A stretch of DNA of 32,000 nucleotides from Ignicoccus islandicus DSM 13165 (GTDB lineage: Archaea; Thermoproteota; Thermoprotei_A; Sulfolobales; Ignicoccaceae), in assembly GCF_001481685.1 (NCBI RefSeq), contig NZ_CP006867.1:1350001-1382000 (forward strand). Direction: 5' to 3'. This document shows, in pieces, positions 1 through 8,368 of the stretch. A model generated the notes under the pieces. The model was given only the letters and a program-made list of their open reading frames with translations, had not been told where the DNA came from and ran no database searches. Positions within the stretch are counted from its first letter, which is position 1. Each line of letters opens with the position of its first letter. Made by a program: the position numbers and the translations under genes.

Positions 1-176
1 GGATCGACCAATATGGTTATACCAGGATAACTAGCGGAACCCTCGCCTTCTCCAGTCCATTCCTCTTCTATGATATTTAGAACTCTCTGAAGGTTCTCTT
101 TACTTATATTAACTGAGTTCTCCATATCAGATAGAAGTTCTTTTAGACTATTGTACTTCTTTACTTCTAAAGGCAT
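1..176 (-). CDS. partial hypothetical protein running off the window edge (MPLEVKKYNSLKELLSDMENSVNISKENLQRVLNIIEEEWTGEGEG...)
   Basis: Open frame from ATG at about 176 to the window start; GGTGG motif just upstream of the ATG. No family recognised. Confidence 0.55.
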   Translation of the reverse strand, partial: MPLEVKKYNSLKELLSDMENSVNISKENLQRVLNIIEEEWTGEGEGSASYPGITILVD

Positions 177-200
177 TTCCACCAAACCCCTTCTGTAAAT

Positions 201-1559
201 TTATATTGATTCAAACGACTTTAGCATAAGTCGTGTACCCCAACCCGTCGGATAGGGCGAGGCCCACCTTACGTTAGCTTCGTGGGCCATGGCTGGTCCC
301 GCTATATCGAGGTAGACCCATGGGTCTGGAGCAAACTCTTTCAAGAATAACGCACCTATGATACTTCCAGCTTGTCTCTTAGATGAAATGTTGGTCATAT
401 CAGCAACTGGATGATCTAAGTCGCTCCTATATTTTTCGTAGAGAGGCATTCTCCAGACGAGTTCGCCTGTGTACTTAGATGCCTCTTCAATTAGTTTAGC
501 GTAGTCGTCGGAGGTTGAGTATAATGCTGCAATATCGTAACCTAGAGCGATTATTTGCGCGCCAGTTAACGTTGCCAGGGTAAAAGTGACTTGAGGAGAG
601 AATTTCTTGATGTAAGTTAGGGCATCAGCCAGTATAAGTCTTCCTTCAGCGTCAGTATTGCCTATATGTACGTATTTTCCAGAATAGCTCCTTATCACGT
701 CTTCCATCTTATATGCCCTACCAGAAACGAGGTTTTCAGCTAAGGGAACGATGGTAGTTAGCTTCACTTTCAAGCCTAGTTTGGCTGCCCAGATAGTTGC
801 TGCCGCAGCGACAGCAGCGCCTGACATATCAGCATGCATATTCTTCATATAGTTCGCGGGCTTCAGGTTGTAACCTCCAGAATCGAAGGTAACTCCCTTT
901 CCTACCAGCCCTACCCTTCTTCCTTCTCCATCATAGTGAAGTATCAGTAACTTCGGTGGTATGTCGGAGCCCTTGCCTACTGCTAGTAGTAACTCTAACC
1001 CCTCTTTTTTGAGATCATCTTGATCTAACACCGTAACGTCTATAGGTAAACCCTTCGCTTGATCCATTACTAATTTAGGAAAGGTTGAAGGGTTGAGTTG
1101 GTTAGGAGGTTCCGATGCTAGTTCTCTTGCGAACATCTGTGCTTCTGAATGAAGCAATGCTCTCTTAACTTCACCTCTCTCGCAGTTATCTACGACGAAA
1201 TATATTCTTCGTTCCTTTTTATTGGATTTATACTTATCGAACTGCCATGAAGTTAGTGCAGTACCCGTGATGATGGGGTAGGGATCATCCACATCTCGCA
1301 AATCAACTACCGAAACCCTGAAGCTTTTCAAGGATCTGCCTATCTTATAGCCGGTCTCTATGTCATTCTTCTTTCCTAAGACCAGTAGTTTTAATTCAGT
1401 GCCTTCCTTGTAAAGGACCGGTTCTATTGACTCGACGTCCTCTGGTAAGACCAGCTGCGGAAGGGTATTCTGGAACTCGTTTCTATCTTCAATTATGTTT
1501 ACCTTAATACCGGGTATGGAAGAGGGATCCGAAGTCGTGCATTTGATTTCTAGAGGAAT
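201..1559 (-). CDS. pepA: M17 family leucyl aminopeptidase (cytosol aminopeptidase)
   Basis: Track ORF 201..1331 has M17 motifs GVTFDSGGYNLKP, MHADMSGAA and NTDAEGRLILADAL. The same frame stays open with coding-like sequence to 1562; proposed ATT start at 1559-1557 (see finding). If only ATG/GTG/TTG are allowed, the CDS is 201..1331 (TTG). Confidence 0.9.
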   Translation of the reverse strand: MPLEIKCTTSDPSSIPGIKVNIIEDRNEFQNTLPQLVLPEDVESIEPVLYKEGTELKLLVLGKKNDIETGYKIGRSLKSFRVSVVDLRDVDDPYPIITGTALTSWQFDKYKSNKKERRIYFVVDNCERGEVKRALLHSEAQMFARELASEPPNQLNPSTFPKLVMDQAKGLPIDVTVLDQDDLKKEGLELLLAVGKGSDIPPKLLILHYDGEGRRVGLVGKGVTFDSGGYNLKPANYMKNMHADMSGAAVAAAATIWAAKLGLKVKLTTIVPLAENLVSGRAYKMEDVIRSYSGKYVHIGNTDAEGRLILADALTYIKKFSPQVTFTLATLTGAQIIALGYDIAALYSTSDDYAKLIEEASKYTGELVWRMPLYEKYRSDLDHPVADMTNISSKRQAGSIIGALFLKEFAPDPWVYLDIAGPAMAHEANVRWASPYPTGWGTRLMLKSFESI

Positions 1560-1611
1560 TTTTTACTCACCGTGTATACCCTTTACGTGAAGGGGAAATT
1601 ACTGTTTTCAT

Positions 1612-1670
1612 ATGCGATGAGGAGACCACGGCAAGACTGAAGAAGTGATGTATCAGAGTTACGCTGAGCT
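1612..1670 (+). ncRNA. candidate box C/D guide sRNA
   Basis: C box GCGATGA (1614-1620), 16-nt guide, D' CTGA (1637-1640), 4-nt spacer, C' GTGATGT (1645-1651), 12-nt guide ATCAGAGTTACG, D CTGA (1664-1667). Intergenic. Confidence 0.75.
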
Positions 1671-1682
1671 CAAACTAATTCC

Positions 1683-2036
1683 TTAGACTATTCCAAGCAG
1701 AATTAGAAATATATACATAATGAGCGCAATTAGTATTGATTGGACTATCGACTTTAGATCTATTTTACTTTCCGTAAAACCTCTACCTGCTAATACCATT
1801 AGAATAAGGCCAAGAACGTTAGTAAACGAATAACCTATCCAGTAGCCGATTTTCGTGTCTATCATGCAACATACTTGAAGTATCTTTGATATTGCAAGAG
1901 ATAATGGGACGTTAACGAATGCGTCGTTCCATGGAGTTAATGGCGATAACAACCATCCAATAATTCCTATGGATATGCGGATCAGTTGCGCCGGGCGTTT
2001 TCGTCCTCCCGAAGTCCTTCCGGAGCTCTTCATCAT
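1683..2036 (-). CDS. small integral membrane protein, hypothetical
   Basis: 117-aa ORF with several hydrophobic segments (LIRISIGIIGWLL, NVLGLILMVLAG, SILIALIMYIFLILLGIV). Confidence 0.6.
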   Translation of the reverse strand: MMKSSGRTSGGRKRPAQLIRISIGIIGWLLSPLTPWNDAFVNVPLSLAISKILQVCCMIDTKIGYWIGYSFTNVLGLILMVLAGRGFTESKIDLKSIVQSILIALIMYIFLILLGIV

Positions 2037-2075
2037 CTACCTAAACTCCGAGACCTTCGATAATCTATAAGCATT

Positions 2076-2252
2076 TTAGTCGCGCATAAACCCTGTACAG
2101 TATATACATTTGCAGTTACCGCTTTGCTCGTCGAAAACCAACGCGTAGCAGAAGTTCTCTTGGCATATTTTAAAGCATTCCTTCTCTGACTCGACTTTTC
2201 CAATTTCTATATCTTTAACGGCCGGTTCTATTTTACTCCTTTCTTTACTCAC
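2076..2252 (-). CDS. 58-aa Cys-rich small protein (MSKERSKIEPAVKDIEIGKVESEKECFKICQENFCYALVFDEQSGNCKCIYCTGFMRD)
   Basis: Hand translation; GTG start overlaps the TGA stop of the upstream ORF 2249..2554 on the same strand (GTGA junction). Six cysteines. Below the length cutoff of the supplied track. Confidence 0.55.
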   Translation of the reverse strand: MSKERSKIEPAVKDIEIGKVESEKECFKICQENFCYALVFDEQSGNCKCIYCTGFMRD

Positions 2253-2554
2253 TCTAAACCCTCTAGTAGTTCCTCTGGTATGTAAGAGGAGGGAGACCTT
2301 AATGCTTCTCTAGCCAATCTCCGTACTTCGGGCTTGAGTTTCTTGAAATCCTCCGAATCTATGGAAATAGTCTTTATCTTACCCTTTAGCTTGTCCTTCT
2401 TCTCTTCGAATTCTTTAGGAGGTATTACGAACGAAGCTATTTTCGGATGGGTCTCCGATGGAACTCTACCTACTGCAACTGCTATAGCAACTTCGCCGAA
2501 AGTTCCCCTTTTTGCCTTTATGAGATAGACGTCGACGTCCACCGGTTTGAGCAT
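2249..2554 (-). CDS. hypothetical protein (101 aa)
   Basis: ATG-started charged ORF in a same-strand run with nurA. Confidence 0.6.
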   Translation of the reverse strand: MLKPVDVDVYLIKAKRGTFGEVAIAVAVGRVPSETHPKIASFVIPPKEFEEKKDKLKGKIKTISIDSEDFKKLKPEVRRLAREALRSPSSYIPEELLEGLE

Positions 2555-2589
2555 TTTCAGATCCCTTCGTAGCCACTCAAGCTCTGATA

Positions 2590-3657
2590 TTAAAGGGCTT
2601 CCCTTCCGGTTCTAATTAACTCTGAAACGAATGTGGGTAATGCCCTACTAAGTATTAAATCGCATTCAGCGTTACTTATTTTGCTTTTCCTGTGGGCTTG
2701 AGTTAGTGGTAGTGGATAGCCTTTCAAAGAGGTTCGCCTTAGAAAGTTAAATATCTTGTTCATTTCGACTTCATCGTAACTACCTATAACTTCGACCGTT
2801 AGTGGAGCGCCGTTCTTCGAGAGCTTCATATAGGATCTAGTAAGTGTAACCTCTTTCCTGTATTTCTTACAACCTACGACCGTTGTTATCCTCTGTGGTT
2901 TAGTCATACCAACCTTATCTTTAGCCAAGATATTTATAATTCCAATATCCGTTAAGATGTTGTCCCCAAAGAGCTCGTTACTTAGAAACGACTTTCCAAC
3001 ATATATGGTTAGTACGTTATTTGCCCGTTCGGCTACTTCTTTATATAAGTTTTTCTTCCATCCGCATTCTATTTTTATCGCTGTACCCGCATCTAAGTTA
3101 TTAGATTTTATGTAATCTAGAAGTTCAACTAGCCCTCCATCGAAGGGCTCGCAACCATATTTCTCTAAGACTTCTTTGCATCTACTTGCTACGCTGAACA
3201 TACCATCCATTAACATTAATTCAATACTTCTTAATCGATCCACTGTGAAGCCATGTATTTCAGCTTCTAATCCTTCCATATAGAGTATCGTTCTATCTTC
3301 ATACTTCTCATGGGGTATTAATACATCCATTTTCTCTAATATAATAGGTAAGGTATTTCCATTTTTTGAAAATGGTATCGATACTGCCCTTACAGCGAAA
3401 ATTGGATAGGCTTGAAGTTTTTGATTACATTTAGAACCATCAACTGCGCTAAGAGATGACACTTTTAGCTTTAAGTCAGTATCCATATCGCTCTGATCTA
3501 TCCACAATTTATCGAAATCGTCCCTATGTCTCTCAATTACTTCCTTTAGGAAATTCCTATGGACGTGCTTTCTTCGAAAAGCGATGGCATCAGCTAATAT
3601 GCCCTTGTATCGTCTCTCTTCTTCGTTGGCAGACTCGTTGATGAACTTAAAAGCCAC
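2590..3657 (-). CDS. nurA: NurA-domain 5'-3' nuclease
   Basis: VDGSKCNQ motif I followed by AVRAVS; overall NurA-like pattern; divergently adjacent to herA. Confidence 0.75.
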   Translation of the reverse strand: MAFKFINESANEEERRYKGILADAIAFRRKHVHRNFLKEVIERHRDDFDKLWIDQSDMDTDLKLKVSSLSAVDGSKCNQKLQAYPIFAVRAVSIPFSKNGNTLPIILEKMDVLIPHEKYEDRTILYMEGLEAEIHGFTVDRLRSIELMLMDGMFSVASRCKEVLEKYGCEPFDGGLVELLDYIKSNNLDAGTAIKIECGWKKNLYKEVAERANNVLTIYVGKSFLSNELFGDNILTDIGIINILAKDKVGMTKPQRITTVVGCKKYRKEVTLTRSYMKLSKNGAPLTVEVIGSYDEVEMNKIFNFLRRTSLKGYPLPLTQAHRKSKISNAECDLILSRALPTFVSELIRTGREAL

Positions 3658-3695
3658 CTTTCTTCCCTATGGTAATACCGGAGGATAATGTATAT

Positions 3696-5450
3696 ATGGA
3701 GAGAGAGAACAACGAAAGTATCGGATTTGTTATTGGAGAAAGCACGACTAATTACGTCACGGCATCGTTCAACGATTTCGTTCAGCGCGGACAATATGTG
3801 GTACTAAAAACAACCAAGGGTGACGTAATAGGACTTGTGGAAGAAGTAATTAGCAAGAATCCCGTATTCGATAGACCTCTGAGCTTGGAGGACATTTCTT
3901 CATTAATGAATCTTGACGAAAGTATATTGTCGACGAACGATATCGCAATCTATGCGAAAATAAAACTATTAGCACAAATAGAAATTAGCGAAGGCGATTC
4001 CAGAATACGTCTAAGTCCACCTACCACAGCACCGGAACCACTAAGTGAAGTAAGGAGAGCACCAAACGATGTTCTAGAAAAGATATTTTCAAAGAGTCTA
4101 GAGAGAAACGTCATAAGAATAGGTAGGCTTTCAGCTCATCCAGAGGTAAGCGTTTACGTGGATGTTAATAAGATGGTAAGTAGGCACTTAGCTATACTAG
4201 CAGTTACTGGTGCCGGTAAAAGCAACACAGTCACTATCATATCTTCGAGACTCGTTGAGAAGGGAGGTACTATTCTAATATTTGATATGCATGGCGAATA
4301 TTCCAGCGCTTTCGAATCTGATAAAATTAACTTAATACAAGCTAAGGTGAATCCGGCTAAACTAGATATCAGCAGTTTCTCTAAACTAATTGGGTTAAGA
4401 GACGCTCCAAAACAAGAGCTCTACTTGCGCAACATACTCTCAGCATGGGAAGTAATGTATTCTGCGCAAATATATACGAGGGAATCACAACTATTTGATT
4501 TCATTACAACGGCATTAATTGAATTAATGAATGCCTCTAGTAAGGTAGCTTTACCTATTATAAGAAATAGAGAAGTCGTGAGGAAAGTATTGGAAGAATT
4601 AAAAGGAAAGGTCGACCCAAACAAGCCTATTAGGTCATTAAATGATATAGCAAGGCTTTTAGGTAGGGACGATATCGTAAAGACCTTGCAATCATGTTCT
4701 AACTACGATCCATCCATTTGCGAGCATTCCATCGCTCTTCTAGATATAAGCTCAAGTGACAGAAATACTACGTTGCCCTCGCTTTTAGTCAAAATAGAAG
4801 AAAGCCGAAACAGGTACGAAAACATTATAGATTTCAACGTACCTAAAGTAGTTAGCCAAATAGAGCCCGGTAAAGTAAATGTAGTAGATCTAAGTCAAGT
4901 CGATGAGGAAGCAGCAGATATAATAGTAAGTACTATCTTAAGAGACATCCTTCAAGCAAGAAAGGCTTATGTCCAAAAAAGAGATTCAATCAACGGCCTC
5001 GAATACCCTATCTTCTTGGTTCTTGAAGAAGCACACATATTGGCGCCTAAAGATCGTACCACTCTAACCAAATATTGGACAGCTAGAATAGCTAGGGAAG
5101 GAAGGAAGTTCGGTGTAGGTATATGTTTAGTATCACAACGACCTAAGGGCTTAGATCAGGATACCTTAAGTCAAGCGAATAACATGATAGTAATGAGGCT
5201 TATAGAACCAATGGATCAGAAACACGTTCAAGCTAGTAGTGAAAGCTTGAGTGACGACCTACTGAAGCAACTTCCATCGCTCGATGTAGGTGAAGCAATA
5301 CTCCTAGGCCCTATGACACCCCTCCCGGCCATTGTTAAAATAGATAAGGCAGAAGGTAAGAGTCTGGGTAGCGATATAGATATAGTAAGTGAATGGCAGA
5401 ATATCAAAAAGAAGCGCGAATCATATCTCGAGGAGGAGGACGTGTGGTAG
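3696..5450 (+). CDS. herA: HerA-type hexameric DNA helicase/ATPase
   Basis: Walker A AVTGAGKSNTV, FDMHGEY, LEEAHILAPKD, SQRPKGLDQDTLSQANNMIVMRL. Track ORF begins at 3669; ATG at 3696 has an upstream GGAGG and is the likelier start. Confidence 0.9.
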   Translation: MERENNESIGFVIGESTTNYVTASFNDFVQRGQYVVLKTTKGDVIGLVEEVISKNPVFDRPLSLEDISSLMNLDESILSTNDIAIYAKIKLLAQIEISEGDSRIRLSPPTTAPEPLSEVRRAPNDVLEKIFSKSLERNVIRIGRLSAHPEVSVYVDVNKMVSRHLAILAVTGAGKSNTVTIISSRLVEKGGTILIFDMHGEYSSAFESDKINLIQAKVNPAKLDISSFSKLIGLRDAPKQELYLRNILSAWEVMYSAQIYTRESQLFDFITTALIELMNASSKVALPIIRNREVVRKVLEELKGKVDPNKPIRSLNDIARLLGRDDIVKTLQSCSNYDPSICEHSIALLDISSSDRNTTLPSLLVKIEESRNRYENIIDFNVPKVVSQIEPGKVNVVDLSQVDEEAADIIVSTILRDILQARKAYVQKRDSINGLEYPIFLVLEEAHILAPKDRTTLTKYWTARIAREGRKFGVGICLVSQRPKGLDQDTLSQANNMIVMRLIEPMDQKHVQASSESLSDDLLKQLPSLDVGEAILLGPMTPLPAIVKIDKAEGKSLGSDIDIVSEWQNIKKKRESYLEEEDVW

Positions 5451-6199
5451 TAGGAATAGCAATTGGTGGCGTAAGCGGTATCGTTCCAATAATCCTGAGG
5501 AAATCTGACCTTAAGAAGATATTAGTATTGCGAAATTGTAAGTACAAGGAAGTTAAATGGGCTCGTAAAGTCCTACCAACAATTTTTGAAGTTAACCCTA
5601 GTACAGTTATCTCTAAAAAAGAAAGCTTAGAAGGTCAGCTAGCGTCAAAAGGTTTTACTGTATACGTTCAATGCATGAAGTCTCCATGGAAACTCGTACT
5701 CGAGGATTTCGAGAGGTTCCTTAACGGTGAAAGAATCATCGTTGGAGACGTTTCATGTATTGGAAGTTTCTTTCCAAGCAGATGTCAACCTTCAGCGTTG
5801 GGTTTAGCGGTAATTGATGGACGAGAAGGCGAGTTAGTTACGCTACGACTTGGCAAACCACCTTCTGATATTATATGCGTAGCTCAAGTTTTGAAAAAGG
5901 TATCTTCATGTTTAAGGGAAATAATGAGAACGGATACTCAATCGGTTGAAAACGTAAGAAGGATTATAGATTACTTAGTCGCCAAGAACCCGAATATGAT
6001 GTTATTAGAATTTAAGCGCGAATTGAGCAACAATGAAAAGATATACGTGTTCGATCTTAAATGTTTTTATGAGAAGTTAACGTATCTAAGGGATTTAAGA
6101 GATCATGGTCCTCAGTATCTAAGAAACTTGAGGTGCGAGCTAAGTGAAGGTGAGAGGGATCAATTGTTAGAGTTCTTTAGAAAGTTCGTTGGTGATTAA
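5444..6199 (+). CDS. uncharacterised protein overlapping the herA 3' end
   Basis: Track ORF starts at 5393; GTG at 5444 with an upstream GAGGAGGA motif overlaps the herA stop and is the likelier start. No family recognised. Confidence 0.7.
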   Translation: MVVGIAIGGVSGIVPIILRKSDLKKILVLRNCKYKEVKWARKVLPTIFEVNPSTVISKKESLEGQLASKGFTVYVQCMKSPWKLVLEDFERFLNGERIIVGDVSCIGSFFPSRCQPSALGLAVIDGREGELVTLRLGKPPSDIICVAQVLKKVSSCLREIMRTDTQSVENVRRIIDYLVAKNPNMMLLEFKRELSNNEKIYVFDLKCFYEKLTYLRDLRDHGPQYLRNLRCELSEGERDQLLEFFRKFVGD

Positions 6200-6856
6200 C
6201 GATCCATAATATCCCTTTACTATAGCATTATAAACATTAAGTGGATCTGAACCGTTTACTATAGCTATAGGTATCTTGCTTCTTTTAGCTATATGAAGAG
6301 ATAATAGGTCGAATAGTTCATACCTTCCAGGCTCTTGTTTCCATTGGGTAGACGATAAAATCCTTAGAGCCTCGTCGTAACTTACCTTGAGCAACTTCTT
6401 AGCTGTAGGATCGCTAGGTGGCTTGTCGTAAAGAGCGTCTACGGTAGTGGCGTTGACTACAAGTTCTGCACCCACTAGCTCAGCAATTAATAAGGAGACA
6501 GCATTGGTTGACTGACCTGGTTGAAGGCCTCCACTTATTATCGCCTTCCGGAAGTTGAGTGAGTATAACTTTAACAAATCATCAATACTCTCGGGTATTC
6601 TCTTAATTGAATGTTTCATTGTATATGCAAGAGCCCTTGCGTTTAATCTAGAAGCTTCAATACCGATTAGGTCTTTCAAGAAATTGTTCGAGTTTACGAG
6701 ATCTATATATTTCCTTGCTATCGATCCGCCACCGACCACCACGAACAACTCGTGACCTTCTTCTATTATTTGATCTAGTGTTTTAGCATATTCTCTTACT
6801 AATGGTTTATCTATAGGTGAGATAAATTTTCCGGAAATTTTCACTACAACCTTCAT
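6167..6856 (-). CDS. pyrH: UMP kinase (archaeal type)
   Basis: Amino-acid kinase fold motifs VVVKISGKF, FVVVGGGSIARKYI, IISGGLQPGQSTNAVSLLIAE, TTVDALYDKPPSDPTAKKL. Internal ATG at 6856 (MKVVVKISG) is the likely start. Confidence 0.88.
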   Translation of the reverse strand: MKVVVKISGKFISPIDKPLVREYAKTLDQIIEEGHELFVVVGGGSIARKYIDLVNSNNFLKDLIGIEASRLNARALAYTMKHSIKRIPESIDDLLKLYSLNFRKAIISGGLQPGQSTNAVSLLIAELVGAELVVNATTVDALYDKPPSDPTAKKLLKVSYDEALRILSSTQWKQEPGRYELFDLLSLHIAKRSKIPIAIVNGSDPLNVYNAIVKGYYGSLITNELSKEL

Positions 6857-6878
6857 TTGAACGTACACACCTCTTTAC

Positions 6879-7604
6879 CTACGCCTCTTTTAGGCCCAAG
6901 TATAGTTTCCCTATTTCTGGATGCTCCAGTATCTCCCTTGCTGGACCGGTGTAAGCAACCTTTCCAGTTACTAGAACGTAGCCTCTATCACCTATCTCTA
7001 GACCTTTCCTGGCGTTCTGTTCGACCAGTATTATTGTGACACCAGAATCTCTTATCTCCTTTATTTTATTTAAGACCAAGTCTACGTATTTAGGTGAGAG
7101 AGCGGCAGTCGGTTCGTCTAATAGCATAACACTCGGTTTTGCCATTAATGCCCTTGCCATGGCTAACATTTGCCTTTCTCCTCCCGAGAGGCTACCAGCC
7201 AACTGATTGAGTCGAACCCTTAGGTCTGGGAATATTTCCAAAACTTCCTCCATCCGCTTTTTAACTTCGTTTTTATCCTTTATAATATACGCTCCCATTT
7301 CCAAGTTCTCTTTTACAGTTAAGTTTGTAAAAACGTTATTCGTTTGTGGTACATAACCTATACCCATTCTGCTTATTCTATCGAGTCTCTCGTTTGTAAT
7401 ATCTTTCCCCTTATATAGAACTTTTCCGGATATAACCTTAGCTATTCCTAATATTGCTTTAAGTAACGTACTTTTTCCCGATCCGTTTGGACCTACTATT
7501 GTAACTATTTCTTTTTCATAAACATAGAAATCGATTCCGTGGAGTATGACCATCTTTCCGTATCCAGCAACTAAGTTTATGGTTTCTATTACTTTCTCGG
7601 GCAT
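6879..7604 (-). CDS. livF: branched-chain amino-acid-type ABC transporter ATP-binding protein
   Basis: Walker A GPNGSGKST, signature LSGGERQMLAMARALM, Walker B VMLLDEPTAAL; adjacent to livG. Confidence 0.88.
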   Translation of the reverse strand: MPEKVIETINLVAGYGKMVILHGIDFYVYEKEIVTIVGPNGSGKSTLLKAILGIAKVISGKVLYKGKDITNERLDRISRMGIGYVPQTNNVFTNLTVKENLEMGAYIIKDKNEVKKRMEEVLEIFPDLRVRLNQLAGSLSGGERQMLAMARALMAKPSVMLLDEPTAALSPKYVDLVLNKIKEIRDSGVTIILVEQNARKGLEIGDRGYVLVTGKVAYTGPAREILEHPEIGKLYLGLKEA

Positions 7605-8368
7605 TATGCCTCACCTAAATATATTTCTATAACTACAGGATTCTCTACAATTTCTTGAGGGGTTCCCTCTGCAACTATACGACCTCTACTCATTACGTAA
7701 ACGTAATCGACGTAATCGAAAAGTATATCGAGTCTATGTTCTATGATTAACATACTCATACCTTGTTCCTCTCTTAACTTCCTAAGGAATTGAAATATTT
7801 GATGGGCCAGTGTTGGATTAACACCTGCTGCAGGCTCGTCTAAGAGTAACATTTTCGGATCGCTCATCAAGCCTCTAGATATTTCAAGGAGTTTCATTTG
7901 TCCTCCGCTTATTGCCGCAGACATGTTTCGAGCTATGTGGAAAATTTTCAGGAGCTTCATTGTATCTATTGCCTTATTAGATATTTCTATCTCCTTGTTC
8001 CTCCAGATATGCCTCAAAAGCGATTTAAAGAAGCTCTCACCGGGGTTCCCTCTTGCGGCAGTTAGGACGTTTTCATAGACGGTCATTCCTTTAAATACTT
8101 TAGGTATCTGGAATGTTCTGACGAGACCTTTATGGTATATCTTCTCTGGAGGCCAACCAGTTATATCAGTTCCATCGAACAAGACCTTTCCTCTATCTGG
8201 TTTATATACGCCTGCAATAACGTTGAAGAGAGTAGTTTTGCCGGAACCATTAGGTCCTATTAGCGCCGTCATGGTCCCTCTTTCGATACTCATACTGACA
8301 TCATCTAGTGCTACTACACCACCGAAGGTTTTCCTAACATGTTCGACTTCGAGTATCTTGTCACTCAC
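7604..8368 (-). CDS. livG: branched-chain amino-acid-type ABC transporter ATP-binding protein
   Basis: GPNGSGKTTLFNVIAG, LVRTFQIPKVFKGMTVYENV, ISGGQMKLLEISRGLM, LLLDEPAAGVNP. Confidence 0.9.
   Translation of the reverse strand: MSDKILEVEHVRKTFGGVVALDDVSMSIERGTMTALIGPNGSGKTTLFNVIAGVYKPDRGKVLFDGTDITGWPPEKIYHKGLVRTFQIPKVFKGMTVYENVLTAARGNPGESFFKSLLRHIWRNKEIEISNKAIDTMKLLKIFHIARNMSAAISGGQMKLLEISRGLMSDPKMLLLDEPAAGVNPTLAHQIFQFLRKLREEQGMSMLIIEHRLDILFDYVDYVYVMSRGRIVAEGTPQEIVENPVVIEIYLGEA

Noticed and set aside
2334-2528. Plus-strand 64-aa track ORF
   Set aside because: Fully antisense to the 101-aa ORF 2249..2554; low-complexity translation (LPFSLSFFSS) typical of a shadow ORF.
4421-4624. 67-aa minus-strand ORF inside herA
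   Set aside because: Antisense shadow of strongly supported herA coding sequence.
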